Origin: Methanobacteriota archaeon
GTDB lineage: Archaea; Halobacteriota; Bog-38; Methanoflorentales; Methanoflorentaceae
Assembly: GCA_963720465.1 (NCBI GenBank)
Contig: OY970393.1
Coordinates: forward strand, 1,312,001-1,376,000
Direction: 5' to 3'
Length of the DNA stretch: 64,000 nucleotides
Below the pieces are notes generated by a model. The model searched no databases and was not told the origin of the DNA. It saw only the letters and a program-made list of their open reading frames with translations. The position numbers and the translations under genes are program-made. This document shows positions 62,584 to 64,000 of this stretch, piece by piece. Each line of letters opens with the position of its first letter. Position 1 is the stretch's first letter.

Positions 62584-63402
62584 TTATGGTGCAAAATGGG
62601 TTTCGGAAGTGTACGATCCGAGCATCTTGAGTCGTGAGACGTGCTTTTGTAGCGCATCAAACGCACCCAGGACCTCGGAGTCGGACGCACTACCCTCAAG
62701 GTCGATGTAGAAGAGGTACTCACCGAGCGACCGCTTTGCAGGCCGCGACTCAATCTTCGTAAGGTTCAGCTGCCGTTCCGCAAACACGTGGAGCACCTCG
62801 TAGAGGGCTCCTGGTCTATTCCGTTTCAGCTCGAGCACTATTGACGTCTTTAAATCCTCTCGAGCCTGCGGCTGTCCGCCGCGCCGCGTCACGACGACGA
62901 ATCTGGTGAAGTTTTCTTTGACATCCTGAATGTCGGCCTCGATGATCTGCAGGTGATAGTATTCCACGGCGCGAGATGATGCAATCGCTGCCGCGCGTCG
63001 ATCCTCGCTCGCCATGTGCGCAGCTTGTGACGTACTGCTCACCGGAACCACTTCTCGCCCAAATGCGCGCAAAAATGCGTTGCACTGAGCGATTGCTTGC
63101 CAATGAGAGTACACCACCTGAATATCTGCGCCCTCGAGGGCCGCAAGAAAGTGGCGTATAGGTAGAACGATTTCGCGGGCGATCTGTAGGGGCAAGGTGA
63201 GCAACACGTCGAGCGCGGTTCCGACCGACCCCTCGATAGAGTTCTCCAAGGGGATGACGCCGCGGTCAAGCCGGCGCTCGATGAGGTCGCGGGCGACGTC
63301 TTCTATGGTAGTAAAGTAGCACAGCGCGTCTTCTGGAAAGCCCAAGGCCAGCGCGGCCATCTCACTGTACGTCCCTTCTGGTCCCAGTACGCCAACGAGC
63401 AT
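62584..63402 (-). CDS. pheA: Prephenate dehydratase
   Basis: [42 protein letters not shown]. Confidence 0.95.
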   Translation of the reverse strand: MLVGVLGPEGTYSEMAALALGFPEDALCYFTTIEDVARDLIERRLDRGVIPLENSIEGSVGTALDVLLTLPLQIAREIVLPIRHFLAALEGADIQVVYSHWQAIAQCNAFLRAFGREVVPVSSTSQAAHMASEDRRAAAIASSRAVEYYHLQIIEADIQDVKENFTRFVVVTRRGGQPQAREDLKTSIVLELKRNRPGALYEVLHVFAERQLNLTKIESRPAKRSLGEYLFYIDLEGSASDSEVLGAFDALQKHVSRLKMLGSYTSETHFAP

Positions 63403-63448
63403 ACGTTCTCTTTCTGGTCGCTTCAGTAATAAGGGTTCTTCGAAAAAG

Positions 63449-63481
63449 TTTATATCGGAAAACCGTGTTACAATGTTACAC
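63449..63481 (+). promoter_or_regulatory. BRE/TATA plus imperfect palindrome in the pheA-aroA' divergent promoter
   Basis: GAAAAAG-TTTATAT, then GTGTTACAATGTTACAC (63465-63481). Confidence 0.55.
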
Positions 63482-63509
63482 TTTAGCAATATGGAGGATT
63501 GAGATTGAC

Positions 63510-64000
63510 ATGGAAATAGGAAAAGTAGTACGACTAGAGCGTATCACCAATCGCGACAGCGGCAACATCGTTATTATCCCTATGGATCACGGGATCTCCA
63601 TAGGCCCAGTCAAAGGCCTCGTAAACCTTTCCGACATGGTAAACAAGGTGGCCGCCGGAGGAGCAAACGCAGTATTGATGCAGAAGGGAATGGTACCACA
63701 CGGTCACCGCGGGTACGGCCGTGATATCGGGTTGATCATCCACATGAGCGCTTCGACTGCGCTAGGCCCTGACCCAAACGACAAGGTGCTCGTATGTTCG
63801 GTCGAAGAGGCTCTCAAAGTAGGCGCAGACGCGGTCAGCGTGCACATAAACATCGGCTCTAAGACGGAAGCAAACCAGCTCCAAAAGCTCGGTAACGTTG
63901 CCGAACGCTGCAACGAATGGAGCATGCCCCTCCTCGCCATGATGTACCCCCGTGGTGCTAAGGTCTCGGACCAGTATGGCGAGGAGTTTGTCGCCCACGC
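63510..64000 (+). CDS. aroA': ADH synthase paralogue 2 (runs off the window end)
   Basis: [56 protein letters not shown]; RBS GGAGG. Confidence 0.9.
   Translation, partial: MEIGKVVRLERITNRDSGNIVIIPMDHGISIGPVKGLVNLSDMVNKVAAGGANAVLMQKGMVPHGHRGYGRDIGLIIHMSASTALGPDPNDKVLVCSVEEALKVGADAVSVHINIGSKTEANQLQKLGNVAERCNEWSMPLLAMMYPRGAKVSDQYGEEFVAH

Overview
Archaeal chromosomal segment, most likely Halobacteriota/Methanomicrobia-like. This is inferred from F420 genes cofG/cofC, TBP, two aroA'-type ADH synthases, membrane LonB, a PGF-CTERM protein and TATA-box promoters. The housekeeping backbone has purC, cofG/cofC, ilvE, tRNA-Arg(CCG), M42 peptidase, cimA-ilvB-ilvH-ilvC, FTR-Trx-CcdA, pntA1A2B, lonB, tbp, trm11, metG, bacterial-type metK with ahcY, hicBA, YprB nuclease plus DUF1998 helicase, hisAB, a cbiA-like gene and pheA. 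Decaying accessory patches lie at about 27.9-31.9 kb, 46-47 kb and 51-58.8 kb. Top candidate for an undescribed system: the citramalate synthase-like gene (entry step of Ile synthesis) has no canonical start codon in frame with its catalytic DTTLRDGEQ motif. A short upstream ORF, GTG AGG GAT CGC TTT ATT TAA, overlaps it in a prfB-like layout, suggesting an isoleucine-sensing +1 programmed ribosomal frameshift. Other notable items are a decayed nfnB/sudA fragment fused to the end of pntAB, an intact PriL-CTD/inactive DnaB fusion, a PGF-CTERM surface protein with one CXXCH, an FTR-lipoTrx-CcdA operon and a CbiA paralogue lacking the glutaminase Cys. All assignments come from motif recognition by eye; no searches were run.
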